DNA of 61,390 nt, counting the filler, from Choristocarpus tenellus KU-1152 (taxonomy: Eukaryota; Protista; Phaeophyceae): NCBI GenBank assembly GCA_964200185.2. It is 12 parts of 12 records of this genome, joined end to end, with 100 filler letters (N's around TTAATTAATTAA, not from the genome) between each part and the next. Parts side by side here need not be neighbours in the genome. Positions count along the whole stretch, not along the records: positions 1 to 3,174 come from CAXNAD020021782.1; positions 3,275 to 16,821 come from CAXNAD020001455.1; 10 more parts are not named here. One strand, written 5' to 3'. Under the pieces are notes generated by a model, which saw only the letters and a list, made by a program, of their open reading frames with translations, did no database searches and was not told the origin of the DNA. The stretch's first letter is position 1, and each line of letters opens with the position of its first letter. Positions 1-13,539 of this stretch are shown in pieces. The position numbers and the translations under genes are program-made.

Positions 1-1130
1 GCTGCTTGAAACCCCTTCTGCAAGTTCATCAACGGTATCATAACGCTCCCCCCAAACCCTGCTCTTCAGAGATGCAAAACCCCCCAAACAATTGATGTTG
101 AGATCAGGCCGACTGCGCTGGCTGCATCACGAGCTTAATGTTTCTTCCCTCCTCCAACCCTTCTGCATTCACCTTCTGCATCGTGCCCTTGCCTGTATGT
201 GAGGTCGCGCCGTCCTGCTGTGTGGAGCCCCCCCCCCGATTCTAGTCAGGGCATTTTTTCCTTGTTCACTGGCAACTGCTGCTCTCTGCACCGCTCCAGG
301 TACGACTCGGTGTCGATGGTGACGTCAACCTTGTACTCCTCCCCCTTTATGTGCAGCGCTGTAGCCTGTTGCTCTTCCTTCGTGACGCAAACCCACCGGA
401 TCCCGATCTTGCCGTCAAAATCACGGGAAGGATCCTTGGCACGAAATGGCTGAGATGAACATCGCTTTTGCGAATGTGACTCTTGTGCTGCACCTTCGTC
501 GAGTCCACCTCTTCCTCCCCCGGGAACATGCGTACCATCTCTCATTCGCAGATGAGGTACGACCACGCCTCATTGATGTGAACAACGGTGTTGAGGCCGG
601 TCCTGTACGTTTTACGGTTGCGGGAGATCTGGTCGAGGATGAAGTCCACCCTGTTCTTCTTGTGTGAAAACAAAAGGCTATGGGCGACACACCACTGAAC
701 CCTCGTTGCCCCCATGTCTTCAAGCCAGTGATGAAGCTTTGAGCAGTCGAATGCGAGGCCTGCTTCAGCAAGCTTGGTGGGAAGTTGATCAATAGTCAGT
801 GTGAAATTACTGGAGTTCATTTCCCAGATCTTCACTTGTTTCGTTGGCGTAAAGTCCAACGGCCTGTGATTTCAGGTAGATGGTATTCCCACTGTGTAAC
901 TGTTCTTTGACACGCACCCACACCCATCTAGGGTGTCCCTCTCCCACTACAAGCTCTTTCACAAATTTAGACCCCACGCCCCTTGGGAGCCTTTCATGAC
1001 TCAGAGGAAGAGCCAATGCGTAACGCAGAGCAAGTGCGGTTTGACTTTCCGCGGTTACCTCGCAGTTCTTTCCCCGAGACGGTGGACTTCGTACCGGAGA
1101 CACAAGCTGTGAGGGCTCGCTATGGGGGTC
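1..1130 (-). pseudogene. Decayed Tc1/mariner-superfamily (plant-mariner-like) transposase
   Basis: Minus-strand fragments in shifting frames: VVHINEAWSYL (first catalytic D motif decayed), KVQHKSHIRK..MFISAI, DFDGKIGI, QQDGATSHTGKG. Frameshifts and stops are present. Confidence 0.8.
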
Positions 1131-1254
1131 GTGAAAGTGTTGTACGTCTCCGTGCTGCAGCAGGAACGTTAAAAACGACAAGAATATGCCCCATTCTGTT
1201 TTTCATTCCTTCGGAACCTTTTCAGAACATAAATCTTTGTAGAATTTTCCTCTG

Positions 1255-1790
1255 AAGACTTACTGTTCCGCAAATTAGAAAACGATTCTGGTGTACAAGC
1301 CCCTGAGATGTATTTTCCACGAATTAGGAAAATTAAAGGGGGGGTACAAGACTACTGAACTTTGTTATTCCATTAACTAAGAACAGTAGAACGTACAACA
1401 CACCCCCTCTTTAGATTTACCGTTCAATAAATTACAAAACGGTTTGGGTGTAAAAGCCTTTGAGTTATATGGTTCCATGAATCAGGCACAATTAAAGGGC
1501 TACAAGACCACTAAGCTTCAATATTCCATTAATGTAAGAACAGTGAAGCTTACAACCTCCCCTAAGAATTATTGTTCCACGAATTACGAAAGGTGTACAA
1601 ACCCCTTAAAATATATTCTCCACAAATTAGGAATAGAGAAAGTGTACAAAGCCCTGAACTTTAATATTCCACAAATTCAGCATCTTAAGGCACACAAACC
1701 TCGGCAAGGTAGATTTTCCGAAAATAGGAACAGTAAAGTGTACAAAGCTCCATAAACTTCATCACTCCACAAATCGGGAACCGTGATACG
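1255..1790. repeat. Degenerate tandem array of ~48-50 bp units (about 10 copies)
   Basis: Recurring GTGTACAA(A/G)...CC...(T)ATTCCAC(A/G)AATT(A)GGAA core roughly every 48-50 bp. Traces of a ~155-bp higher-order period (1291-1400 vs 1447-1555). Confidence 0.7.
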
Positions 1791-1859
1791 TGAATTGTAG
1801 TTTTCTAAATTCGTGGAGTACTTCCCCCATTTGGAATTAAATGTGATACAACACTTGCA

Positions 1860-2967
1860 ATCCTGATTAAAAAAAAGCAGGATTTTTTCACATCTTCATC
1901 TATTTTGGGCATGTTGTGCACACACTAACAGGTTGCCCACCAAAATTCCAAAATGGGGCAGCCAATATCTATCTATGTTTCTGCTATGAAGCCCTCCAAA
2001 ACTCTATTCAGCACAGTATTTCGCCACACCCACCGGGGCATTTGGGGGAAGCTTGCCCTCCTTCTCGGCCTTTTCCTTGCTAAGATGGGGAATTTCGAAG
2101 ACATTGTCAACCTTGGACCCCAGCACTTCACCGCAGACATGCGAAGAGGTTCTGCCGGACGCACTGTAGTATCTCCTGGGGGTACATATCGAACGCCTCC
2201 ATTGTGGCCTCCGTCAGCTCCTCTGTGTGGGTCACCCCCACATCTTCCTTCAGTTACTGGATGGAATAAAAGAATCCCAGGATGTTGACATTTAGGTCAG
2301 TTGAGTTGGCTGGTTGGGTCTCTACGACAATGTCGTCCACCACCACCTCCTTGATTGCCTCCATGATCCCCCCCTTGGTGTGTGGCTTTGCCTGTCCTGC
2401 TGCACGAAAATGGTGTGTCCTTCCAGCCTAGGCATGTGGGCCTTGATTGCCAGGATGACATCCTCGATCATGACCTTCATATACCTCTCCCCGTCCACCG
2501 TTGCTGGCAAAAGCATAATGGTGTCCTTGCGGTGGTGTTTGCTGGAGTACTGAGTGGCCTTAGTGTCCACGATTGGCCAGATCCCGACATCTTCATCCAC
2601 TGGAGAACTTCCTAGGGCGCACCACAGGTAGATTGAACATCACCTTTGTAAGGTAACATTTATTCTGTGCCTGTGGGGGGTTGGGGGGGTCCTCAGTGGG
2701 GTGCAAATGTACACCTTACCCATCTTTAAGGATGTTAGACCACTTCTCGTCCACATGCATCCAGTCATACAAATTGTCCACCAATGCCCATCTTCCCCCC
2801 CTCTTGTGCATGTGGATGAAGATGAACCCTACCCTGTTGACTTTCTGCCGGCTTGAAAGGACTGACTTAATTCACCACTTAACCTTCTTCACCTTCTCAC
2901 ACTTGCACAGATCCCACAATGAGGCAAGGGAGATCCCACCTTTGGGGACCCATTTGCAGAAGGATGT
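1860..2967 (-). mobile_element. Decayed plant-mariner-like DNA transposon, copy 1 (paralog of 25100-26290), interrupted by a MITE at 2968
   Basis: Motifs MHVDEKWSN, TKVMFN, TVDGERYMKVMIEDVILAIKAHMP, IFVQQD, QPTQLT. Colinear nucleotide similarity with 25100-26040, including the non-coding end. Confidence 0.85.
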
Positions 2968-3144
2968 GGCTCAAAGTATCTGGGGGGGAGTGGCGACTGT
3001 CCATTCAGGATCCATTTTTCCGTGTCGCAATTTTTTGGGCGATTTGGTTGCATATGTCGGATGGATAATGTAAGTGCTCTTTTCCTGGTCTTGCCCCAAA
3101 TGGACACACTGGTGTAGACCCCCCCCCCCCCCCCCACTACTTTG
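2968..3144. mobile_element. MITE family A copy inserted in the mariner transposase
   Basis: Starts GGCTCAAAGTATCTG(n), carries the conserved family-A body and a degenerate right TIR. The paralogous mariner is uninterrupted at this site (AGGATGT^GTAG near 26037). Confidence 0.85.
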
Positions 3145-3174
3145 TTTTTGTTGTTTGTTGCCTGGGGGGATCAA

Positions 3175-3273
3175 NNNNNNNNNNNNNNNNNNNNNNNNNN
3201 NNNNNNNNNNNNNNNNNNTTAATTAATTAANNNNNNNNNNNNNNNNNNNNNNNNNNNNNNNNNNNNNNNNNNN
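3175..3273. other. Assembly gap with TTAATTAATTAA linker. The same structure occurs at ~16822, 21111, 24952, 31180, 33963, 38010, 44437, 47767, 55846 and 58628.
   Basis: Identical N-run/TTAATTAATTAA/N-run blocks of ~100 nt, with stops in all six frames. Artificial. Confidence 0.97.
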
Positions 3274-3274
3274 N

Positions 3275-3280
3275 TGGGGT

Positions 3281-3314
<34 letters not shown>

Positions 3315-3459
3315 AGCTGTCCATTTGGGGCCCATTTTTCCATGTCATGATTTTTGGGTGATTTGGTTGCATGTGTCGGTTGGACTATGTAAGTTCACTT
3401 GTCAGGGCCCAAATGGACACCCTGGTGTAGACTCCCCCCCCCCACAGATACTTTGAGTC
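3275..3459. mobile_element. MITE family A copy (left end lost in poly-G/gap)
   Basis: Family-A body ending CCCCACAGATACTTTGAGTC. Confidence 0.85.
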
Positions 3460-3596
3460 TGAGTCACTGAATATATTGTTTGATATATAATGTGCTCGTA
3501 TTGACATCCAGCACTATTTCCATTACTAGTCCCAACCTCAACCATTATCACTGTTCTACTTTCCCCACTCGGTGGTGACCTTCTTGTGGTTGAAAG

Positions 3597-6500
3597 GGTG
3601 TATTTAGAGCAAAGTCAATGTTTCTTGGAGCCAATGTCCGCCAGGCTACACACGAGGGACGGGCTGACTATCTCCCCATCTTCCTCAGTGAAACTCCTCT
3701 ACTGTTCAGGAGGGGCATCATTCCACTTGATGTGGCCATGGTCCAGGTGTGAATCCCTTGGGACAAACAGAGGGTAGTTCATGTTGTAGGTAAGTGGATA
3801 GTCTATGAAGACGAGGCCAAGGTAAGAGGAATAGAGAGTTCAAGTCAGCACAAGGATACGTTAGGGGGTGAAGAGAGAAGGGCAGCAGGTGCAATGCTCT
3901 GCAGACCACCTTGTACTTAGTGGGAACCCTCGTGCTTAAAGAGCACTGCCCCACTACTTTTTGCTGCATTTTGGAATTCGAAAGACCATTCAAAATGAGG
4001 GGACAAAAAGGATGAACAAAATCCGTAGGGACAAGAAAATATTGATAGAAACTGACTGGAAAACACGACATAGTGGGGGGAGAGACTTTTTGAGCAGGGG
4101 GTTGCTCTCGCTGTTCGTGTGGTCTCCACAGAGGATTGAGGGGAGTCAAGTCACCTTTGAGTCAAAGTAACTGAGAGGGGTTGCTGCCTAGGTTTAGATG
4201 AGGGTCTCCCTGACTTTCTTGTGGCACACTTTTTTTCAGCACTCAGTCCACTGCTGTGGAGTGCATTTTGACATTAGGTACCTCCAGTTTGCAGTAGGAA
4301 ATGGTTTACTTTGACACCCCTTTTCAAATGCTGTCATTTTAAAGGAATGAAAATGAACATCGAAACTCACAATGGCCAAAGCGCACACCCCTCTCTGTTG
4401 CTTTGACTCTTTTATTGTTGCTGCATGTGGGTTAGGGCAATAGGTCAATATTGCTCTGCGGGTAACAGCAGGATTATATGTTCTTGACGAAGAATACAAT
4501 ATCATGAGTGTTTCTGCACTCAGTATATAACATGTAAGACCAGGAACTACCCATATGTGTAAGAGTCAGGGAGGGAGACACACTTTGTTCTTAGAAGCTA
4601 CTTTATTGCATGCTCGACCTCCTCTTGCCAGAGCCCCAATCAGATGTAAGTATGAGGCAGGTAAAACAGGTGTGCACATACTAGAAGTAGAAAGCGTAAA
4701 AGCTCTCTCTTGTTCTCTCGCTCAATGCCTACAATTACACCACAAATAGGTCTCCCCGCCCGATCGTCATGGGTACTGTTCTCTTGGGACCTCAGTGGAC
4801 TGCACAAGAGCTGCTCTTCAGTGCGCCAAGGTAGTGATCGGTCAGGTCAACAAGTGAGTGTCTAAGGTTCTCTTGTACCACCTGGGGTGGCACGATTTCC
4901 TTCCTCTCTCTTTTCTGTTCATCTATGTACCTGCTGTTTTGCGTAACCATAACCATGATGCTTGTTCTGTGGCCTGTTATGGAGAAGTTCATACTGCAAG
5001 CATTCACTTATAGGAGTTTGCGACCAGGCTACTCCTAAGCGGATATGGGGATATTAAGACTAGGCCACTATTAAATACCTCAAAGTAATTCATTTCTTAT
5101 TATGATCACTGCATCTTACCCCTTTTCCTGCCAAGGCTTGGCACAGTGCAGTGTCATAACTCCACTGATCCTTTACGATGACCCTCACAGTCTCTAATCC
5201 TCCCATCCATGAACAATGTCACCTGTTGAAAGGCACATGCCACGCACGCATGGTGATGGCATAATCCATGTCAGCAATTTCGACATGATTGTCGGGTACG
5301 ACAATCCCATCTATTCATCAGAACCTAAGGAACTAGGGACTACAGACATCAAGATAGGTAGAGCTCGAGTCAAGCGTAGCAGATGTCTATGATGGGAATA
5401 TAATATGCTGCTTTCTAGAAAATGGAAACATACTTACGATAGTGGACCCTGTATGTAGAGTCTAGGGAAAGGGGGTAATGGATACTTTACTGCCCAATAT
5501 TTAGTCAGTAGTCCTGAGGCTATCACAATTGCACCTGCACTTGTCTGTCGTTAATGAACACCTTAGCGGACACCCGGTTTATTTGTGCTCAGTTTTTTGT
5601 AGTCTTTGCTTGCACAAGCTGGTCTTTTTTAAGAAAACGAGGCAAGCTTCATGGATCATTTCAGCACTTGACAACTTAATCAAGACAGGTTCTGTTCCTG
5701 ATGCACTCATGAATGTTAGTCATGACTTATTCGCCTCTTGCACTGGAATGCACAGAGAGCTGGGTATGCTAAAGTATAAACTTGTTCACCTATCAAGGAT
5801 TCGTTCATTGGAGTCTGCATAAGTCAGTTAACATGTTACCCTTAGAGAGGAGGCTAATTATTTCAGTCTAACTCCCCACCACACCACTTGTCGACCTATT
5901 TTGGGCCTCTTAATTCTCGACCAAACGTGTAGTCAAAGAACTTGCCTAGTGGTAAAAAGAGACGGTGGAAACTGCATCCTAAGGTATGTCTTATGATCCC
6001 CTGCCCCCACCATAATCGGTTGACAGGCAACCTTATCGCTGAGAATCTGGTGGAGGATGGTGCTACGCTCCAGATGGGCATTGGCAACATTCCTAATGCC
6101 GTCCTGTCGGCCCTGCAAGGACACAAGGTAACCTGCCTTTATGCTTGCGGCCATACAGTCCTTATTCTTCCGACCCAAATATATTGTGAGTAATGTCTAG
6201 GTGTCCACGAAGTACAAGCAATTACTCATTCAAGCCATTATGAGTTGCTCTATCTCAAGTTGATATCTGGCCCACAGGTCACGCCAATTCCAACCTCAGC
6301 TTGACCATGCAAGTGAGCCAACTCATGTACATAATGGAGGAATGAACAAACTCTCTATCCGAAAGGTGCTTTCCTGACTTGTCAGACTCAAATCTTATCT
6401 TCAAGGGCACCAAAGTGGTGCTTGAGGGGTCAATGATGAGAAGTTAATGCCACATTATTTACAATGTTTCATACAGCGTTCTATTTTTTTCAGTCTGTTG

Positions 6501-9500
6501 ACATACACCAAACCCTTAGGCGCATCCAGTTTCATAACTTAGGGCTTGTCCATACATGCTAATATTGTCATGCCCTTTCCCATGTGATGATTTTTTCACC
6601 TCTCACCCTTAGTCCCTGCTTGGTTTTGTTGGGTTTTTTCCACACTGGTGAATCCAGCGTGAAGTATGTGTTGTTTCATCTTGGTTTAATGGCTCCCAAC
6701 ACATCCAATCATTGTCAGTCCTCTGCACCCTCTTGATTCGAAGTATTACAAGTAGCCTGCTGTAGGCCCCTAGACGTTTATAATCTAATGCATACTCAGT
6801 TTTTCCCTTCCAACTCCCTCCCCTCCATCATGCTACCGTCATTTTGCATTTTCCAACACAATTGAGGACCTGGGGATTCATTCTGAGATGTTTTCCGATG
6901 GGATCTTGCCATTGGTAGAGTCTGGCGTGGTGACGGGGGCAAAGAAGACAAGGCAACAGGGAAAGCTGGTATCTACGTTTCTGGTAGGGTCGCAGGTGAA
7001 CAAGTATAGAGTGGGGTGTACACCGCTTGCAAATCCGAATTTATCCAGGCCCTCTTTCAGGAACTGAACCTTCTGATGACAAGTGTATAAATTCGTCATA
7101 CGTATTGGCACCAGTTAAAACATTGGTCTCAGACATTTGCCCCACTCTTAAGTCGCCCTAACCCTGCAGACTTTGGCCCATTGGGGGACTAAATGTATCT
7201 AATACTAATGGAGTATATACTACGTGCATGGGAAATTTTCTCCCCCAAGAACTGTGGTGTATCCTACCTTTTGAAGTTCAAGGAATTTAAAAGAGCTCAT
7301 TGATGTGACTGTCTAGGTCATTCTTTGAAGGGTTTGAGTAAGACAACTACAAATAATTACCTGGGCTAAGTCTGCATGACGATAAACCTTATTTACCTTG
7401 TTTCCTCTACGCACACATTCCATATCATGGGCAAACAATCCTTGAAAAGTGGAGTATGCATGAGAATTGAGAGCTACAGGGCCGTAAGCCCAGAACAAAC
7501 GATTTTCATTCCTTGAAACAGCAGCAGGAGAAGGGTGACACATGTGGTATTCGCTAATTCAATTCTTGGGGGAGCAGAACTCATTTCCGTGTAGTATATA
7601 TTCAAGACATAAAATCCTTACCCAGGGAGGAAGAAAGGGTGGGTTTTTATTTCAGTTCGGTATCATGTGGACCATTAGGTTTCAGTGGATGGTATAGAGA
7701 GGTCTGAGGGGGTGGGGAAGTGATTGGACAGGTTGCACGTTGCTGGAGTAGCACCTACCCTCCAAAGCGATACACCCAGCAGTGCATGGATATGTTGTAG
7801 CATGTCAAGTGGACACAAAGATTTCCCTAAGTGAAACATCCCTCATCCTTGTTTTGAGGCAACAGTACATGTGAAGTCCAGATATTGTTTGTATCAGATG
7901 ATGGACATTTGGACACAGTGTGCATGTCGTGAAACATGCCTGGTATATGGACCTTAAAAAAGGTACCAAAAGATAAACACAATGTTGTCATCTTTATACG
8001 AGCAATGGTGAGATTGCTGTTATGAACTTGTTCAGGGCACCGAACGTGAAGAAGGTCCTCCAATCTTGAATCTTGCTCAAGGGTCTTGTGTGGAAGCTGC
8101 GTCCTGGAGGACGGGTATTGCTTGGTTTTAGACCACTACACCTCCTTGAGGAAGTCCCAGTAGCCCTTAGGTGGGGGGTAGATTTATGCGTTATGCATTT
8201 TATTGTGCCCATTGGCGATGTGAGTGTTCTTACTCTCCACCTGCTTCTTCAACAGTAGCAGCCTCTTTTGCTGGCTCCAACACCCAGCCAATTACCTAAT
8301 GTGAATTTTGCATAATGTGGAAAACGGAGTTTCCCACTTACCCCCCTCAGCCATGGCAAGCCTCCTCACTTATCGTGCTTGAAGGAAATGTAGGCTTCAC
8401 GAGCCATCTCTCTGCTGCAACCATGTCAGTTAGTCAAGCACCATTCCGATGTGTAATTCCAACAATGCTATCTCCTTTGTCCTTTAGACGTTGGAACCCC
8501 CCTTCACCTCTATGTTTAAGGATGCTTGACTCATTCTACTGTTTTCACAGCCCTTGCTACTTCACCTACCCCGTTTCCTACGCAATGACACAGAAACTGT
8601 ACGACTTTGTGGATGATAATCCTATGGTGGATATGTGTGATGTATCCTACACCAATAACCCCTACATCATATCTAAGCATTACAGGATGACTGCGATTAA
8701 CTCAGCAATTGAGGTGAGTGTCAGGGTTTGTGCCGAAGGTATTGGTAGAGTGTAGGTGGTGCGTGGCATAGCCGAGCAGTTCGGGCTACTGATAGAGTGT
8801 CTATACTAAGGGGGTGTAATGCGAGGTGAAGCACTCTTCAGGAGTTGATCTCGGGTAAAATCCATTCAAATGAGGCGAAATAGACACCTCCCTATGGTGA
8901 GTGCTCCAGTGGAGTGCAAATTCTCCTAAATGCTGTCCATTTGAATATTGCTTTCTTTATTGTATGTTTCTGTTCACTAACTACTCCTGTAGACCCCGAC
9001 TACACCTGAACCTGATTTTTATAGGTATCTGTCAAACAATATTTTTGAGAAGGATGGTGCTTAGGATACAACGAAGCTCGTTGTAGGTAGGGAAAAAACC
9101 TGACGTATATTGTGCAATGCATATTTCATTAGTTTTGAAATACTGACTACAGTTATATATGGATTATTATTTTAAATACACTTTCTTTTTGCTGCTGGCC
9201 TTTTGTTGACAATGAAATAAAAAGAGGTGGTTGCCCCATATGGAAGCGAGTACGTCGTATGTGAACGGTAATGTGTTATTTTTCTTCACATTGATCTAAG
9301 GGGTCTATGGGGTTGAGAGGTAGTCAGTGGGTATTGAAGTGCACACTGGTTGAGAAAATACAAACTAAAAGGAAGAAATAGAAAAATGGGAAAAAGAAGA
9401 AACATAACAGATTAATAGATAAAGAGAAGGAACTCAGTTATCTACGAAGACAATAAAATAATTAAGAGAAACTCAAGTGTAATGCATGCTTTAGAGCAAT

Positions 9501-11876
9501 AATCGTGAGTGCGACCGCTTGCCCTGTCGTGCACGAACATCAAAATCCAGCGCATAGCTTAAACTTGTGCTCTAGATACGTACCTATTAGTAGTGGGCAA
9601 TCCTGACTTCCACCTGAATACACTTGGTTCGAAGGTACAAATCAATCCGGGCAATGCTTATGATTTGGAGGAACTTTGTATGTGGCATATTGTACCACAC
9701 ATTTGCTCATTTGATATTGTTTTCTAATTAGAACTGGAAGTAGGAGATTTCGTGGACTCCATCCTACCACTTGCAATGAATGCCCTCTTTAGTTCAGATT
9801 GACAACATGACGATGTGCCACCCTCCTCTCTGTGTACATGGTCTTGTTCAGATTGACATCACGGGGCAGGTGGTGAGCGACTCTATCGGCATGTTCATGT
9901 ACTCTGGTGTTGGGGGACAGGTAAGCCAGAGAAAACAGTACACACTGTGCATCTTTTATGTTGTATTGAGATAATAACTCAAATATTTCTGATCATGCAA
10001 TAAACATCTGATATATGAGCATTACACTCTCTGTCCTTCCTTGCTGAGAGATCAGCTGTCTCAGAAAGATTTGGATTAATCACCAGTTTGGGCGCAGGTG
10101 TTCGTGATTGTTTGGTTGGCATCTTTGGTTGTCTAAAGGTCAAGTTGTGCTGTTGTTGAGAAGCACCAAGAGACAACTGCACGAAGTGCAAACTATTCGA
10201 TCTATTAGCAGATTTTCCTTTTTACTTCGTCTAAAGTTCTCTTTGGTCAAGTTTTCAGGGCAAGAGTAGGTATAAGCTATACAGATATTGTTACCAAAGG
10301 TGGTCAGTGTGATTGACGTGCAAATGCCGAGGCATGGAGATTTTTTTCTCTTAGCATTTCTCATTTACGAATTCGTTACCATCAAACGTTCAGGTGGACT
10401 TTCTTCGAGGTGCTTCAGTGAGTGAGGGTGGCAAAGCAATCCTTGCCCTGCCCTCCCGCACCCATAAGGGCCGCCCACGCATTGTACCCTTCATCCAGGA
10501 GGTGTGAATAATTCCACTGTCTTCCATCTGTTCCCCCCCTTTGTGGCAATCTTCTCCTGCCTTAGAATGTGTGCTTTGTAGTATACTCTCAAGTATGCAG
10601 TGTTGGGCAGTCGTGTATACAATTACATACATACAACCACATGCACTCTTGAGTATTTCTAATTATGGTGCACGGCAGTACTAAGTTTGAGTAAAGGTTC
10701 TTTGTTTCCTGTTTTTATTGATTGCAAGGACCAATTTCTGCCAAGGTTCACGAGAAAGGGATAGGGATGCGATTCGCAATGATTTCAATGTATTTGTTGT
10801 TCTTGGGCAGCAACTGAGTTTTTATCAAGAGTGCTTGATTTTTTTTTGTATCTGCCATTAGGTGAGAGCCCAACTTGTCATAGAGCTCTATCAAATGGTT
10901 AATGCCTGAGATGCTGTTTATTGTACCCCCCAAAGGGCCTTGTTTGATTCTTTAAGAAATTCGAAGTGCCTGTTATGATTGTCTCACGTGCTAAATCAAC
11001 TCCTGCTCTCCCTTCAATATATTAGCACTTGTAATATTTTTCTATGTATGGACGTCAGATATACTCCCAGACAAGTCCCTTTCTTACAACAGCCGCCTAC
11101 ATTCCTATCTATATATGTACTGTAAGTTGCGTATTATTAGTGCACAGAACGCTGAAGGGGGCACAAGAAATGTGTCACCTCACATTCATTAGTGTGTCCG
11201 GCTATTAGGTCGCCTTGACCTTGTGTGATCATAACCCTTCGACCACCCTTTTGGCTGTATAGGGAGCCGGTGTGGTCACAACACGGGCACATGTTCAGTA
11301 TGTGGTGACTGAGTATGGAATGGCATTTCTGTTCGGGAAGGGACTCCAAGAGCGAGCACAAGCTCTTATTGATATTGCTCACCCCGATGACAGGTAGGCA
11401 GCTGGCAGGGCTGGAGGTGGATACTGAACCTGTGACAAGGTTGAGGGAGCACATGGGTATCGATGCCTATGTATTGCTTGTGGGGGCTGAGGCTTAGATA
11501 ATGGAGAAGAGAGCGGGAAATTGATGCCTGGAGGCTGATGTCGGGTGCATGACGCATATTATTGGAAACATTGCACAGCCACAACATATTTTTTCCAGCA
11601 CTTTTTGCTTTACTCGTCTAAATCACAATTGCAAACATACTCTTCCTCCCATTTCAGAGTCTTTCACTATAAATATTTCTCTGCTCTACTTTCCCAGTAG
11701 CTCCCCTCACTCATTTCTCTGTTTCTGCCACATATCCCCTGCCTTTGACATCCCACATTGCTGATCTCCTTCTGTCTGCATTGAGGAACAGGGCTTTCCT
11801 AGAGGAGGAGGCAACAAAGAGAGGCCTAAGACTTCACCCTTCTGTCCAGGTGCCTGGAGGAACAAGCTTTCCTTGA
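3597..11876 (+). CDS. Acetyl-CoA hydrolase / 4-hydroxybutyrate CoA-transferase family protein (acetate:succinate CoA-transferase 1B-like), 10 exons, 5' end missing. Exons: 3597-3746, 4750-4853, 5233-5357, 6027-6127, 6867-6995, 8594-8713, 9852-9920, 10394-10501, 11263-11393, 11792-11876.
   Basis: Phase-consistent GT-AG splicing gives GRADYLPIFLSE, VSPPDRHGYCSLGTSVD, MPRTHGDG, DGATLQMGIGNIPNAV, DLGIHSEMFSDG (catalytic Glu), AINSAIEIDITGQVVSDSIG, SGVGGQVDFLRGA (GxGGxxD), GAGVVTTRAHVQYVVTEYG, LIDIAHPDDR. Stop TGA at 11874-11876. Confidence 0.93.
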
Positions 11877-13539
11877 GGTTGATTCTGATGCCTCTGTACT
11901 TGAATCCAAGAGGTGGATACCGTGACTCTATATGAGAAGGCGATATCCACCCTGCCAAGTGTTGACACACTCCGATCTCTCTCCTTGGGCAATGCATTGT
12001 TCTTTTATCCACTTGCAAGTTTTGAAGTAAAATTTTCTAATCAATTTCGCTTGTCAGGCTAGTCTGCTTTGGTAAGTCGGAGAGAACAAAGGATGATATC
12101 CTGTGGTGTTGTATATTCGCAGACTTCCATCGACTCTTGACTGCAATGGTCAAGAGTTGAGGGTTGATGTTTCCTTTTTAACCTGCAACTGAACGGTAGG
12201 GTAGGGTCCACGTCCATGTGTAGATATATTATAGGTTTTAGGTTTGTGCTTCTTTCTATTCTCTTGTTGTCCGTGGTGAATTTTGATGAAGGTCATACAG
12301 ATTTATTGCACAATAGTGTGAAGCACTTGATGGACACCGTGCTGTTGTCACATTATAATTGTTGCATGCGCATCAATGACCTGGGGGTCATATATAAAGA
12401 TACACTGGTTCATTGCCAAGGATTCCTTATTGCTTACCCAACAATGGATTTCATCGGAGGATATCTGAAGTCTAGGGCATATGACAAGGCTACCAATTTA
12501 GTGTTTAGAATATCCACCTAAATCATTGAAGTACATGAGGGCTTGGATGTATCATTTTTTATAAGCCAAGAAAACGAGTAGGACAGTATTTTCATAGGGA
12601 TTATGTTATGTTAGGTGTGTTTTGTCCAGCGGGATTATACCTGAACTGGTTTTGATTGTAAAGTTCGAATTTGCAAGAAAGTGATGGTATATTGGGTATA
12701 CCACCCACTAGCGATTAAGATTTGTACAGTCGGCATGTTTGATTGCTTATTTCACCCAAGCATGATAATTGTTTCCCTCCAAAAAAATATGGCATTTATG
12801 ACACAAGGAGGGGGGGGGTGGTAACAGTGCATTTTATAGTCTGAGGGTTGTCTTGATCTCTCAACTACAAATCGATTGTGACAACAAGAGGTCGGCAACT
12901 ACGACAACAGAAACACGTCATCAATTGGTTGTCTCCAACATGATACCCAAGTACACAATTGCAACCTTGATGAAGGAAACAGTGATGGTGCTGCAAAATT
13001 TGAACACAAGAGGGAGGTAGACAAAAAAAGGGTAGACTATTAGAAAGCATGAGACCCAATGCAGCGGAACAGAAACGTTTGTAGCAGCGCGATCCTACCC
13101 TGTGCACCAATAAGCACAGGAGGAGGACAGTGGGGGATAGGTGTCCACAACGTGTGAAAAGATAATTTGGAAAGTCATCATTTGAAATGTCATTTGGGGC
13201 GTCAAGCTCAGGTGCAATAATTATATCCAAAAGATGATGAAACGTGTGAGACTCTTACACACTAACAATTGGACGGTTTTGTTACAGGTGATATGTCGTG
13301 ATGGCGGTTTCATGAACACCATTATGACCTTGAAGTCCTAGATTTGTTTTGTACTTCATTTAGTTATTATTTAGTTATCATACCCCCACATGGTACATCG
13401 GTGCCAGTCCCTTATATACGATGATATTGAGCATATTTCTGAAGGAATAGTCAAAGTGAGAGATCCAGCATACTTGACGACTTGTGCATCAGGAGTCCTT
13501 TAGGTGCATCAGCGTCATCTATAGGCCTGCAGATTGGAG

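Noticed and set aside
1255-1790. CRISPR array or the 103-aa ORF 1444-1755
   Set aside because: Whole units are homologous, with no unique spacers. The ORF is a by-product of the repeat.
3219-3230. TTAATTAATTAA recurring 11 times as a biological repeat
   Set aside because: Always centred in a fixed-length N block, so it is an artificial six-frame-stop scaffold linker. ORFs ending in LIN/X are artefacts.
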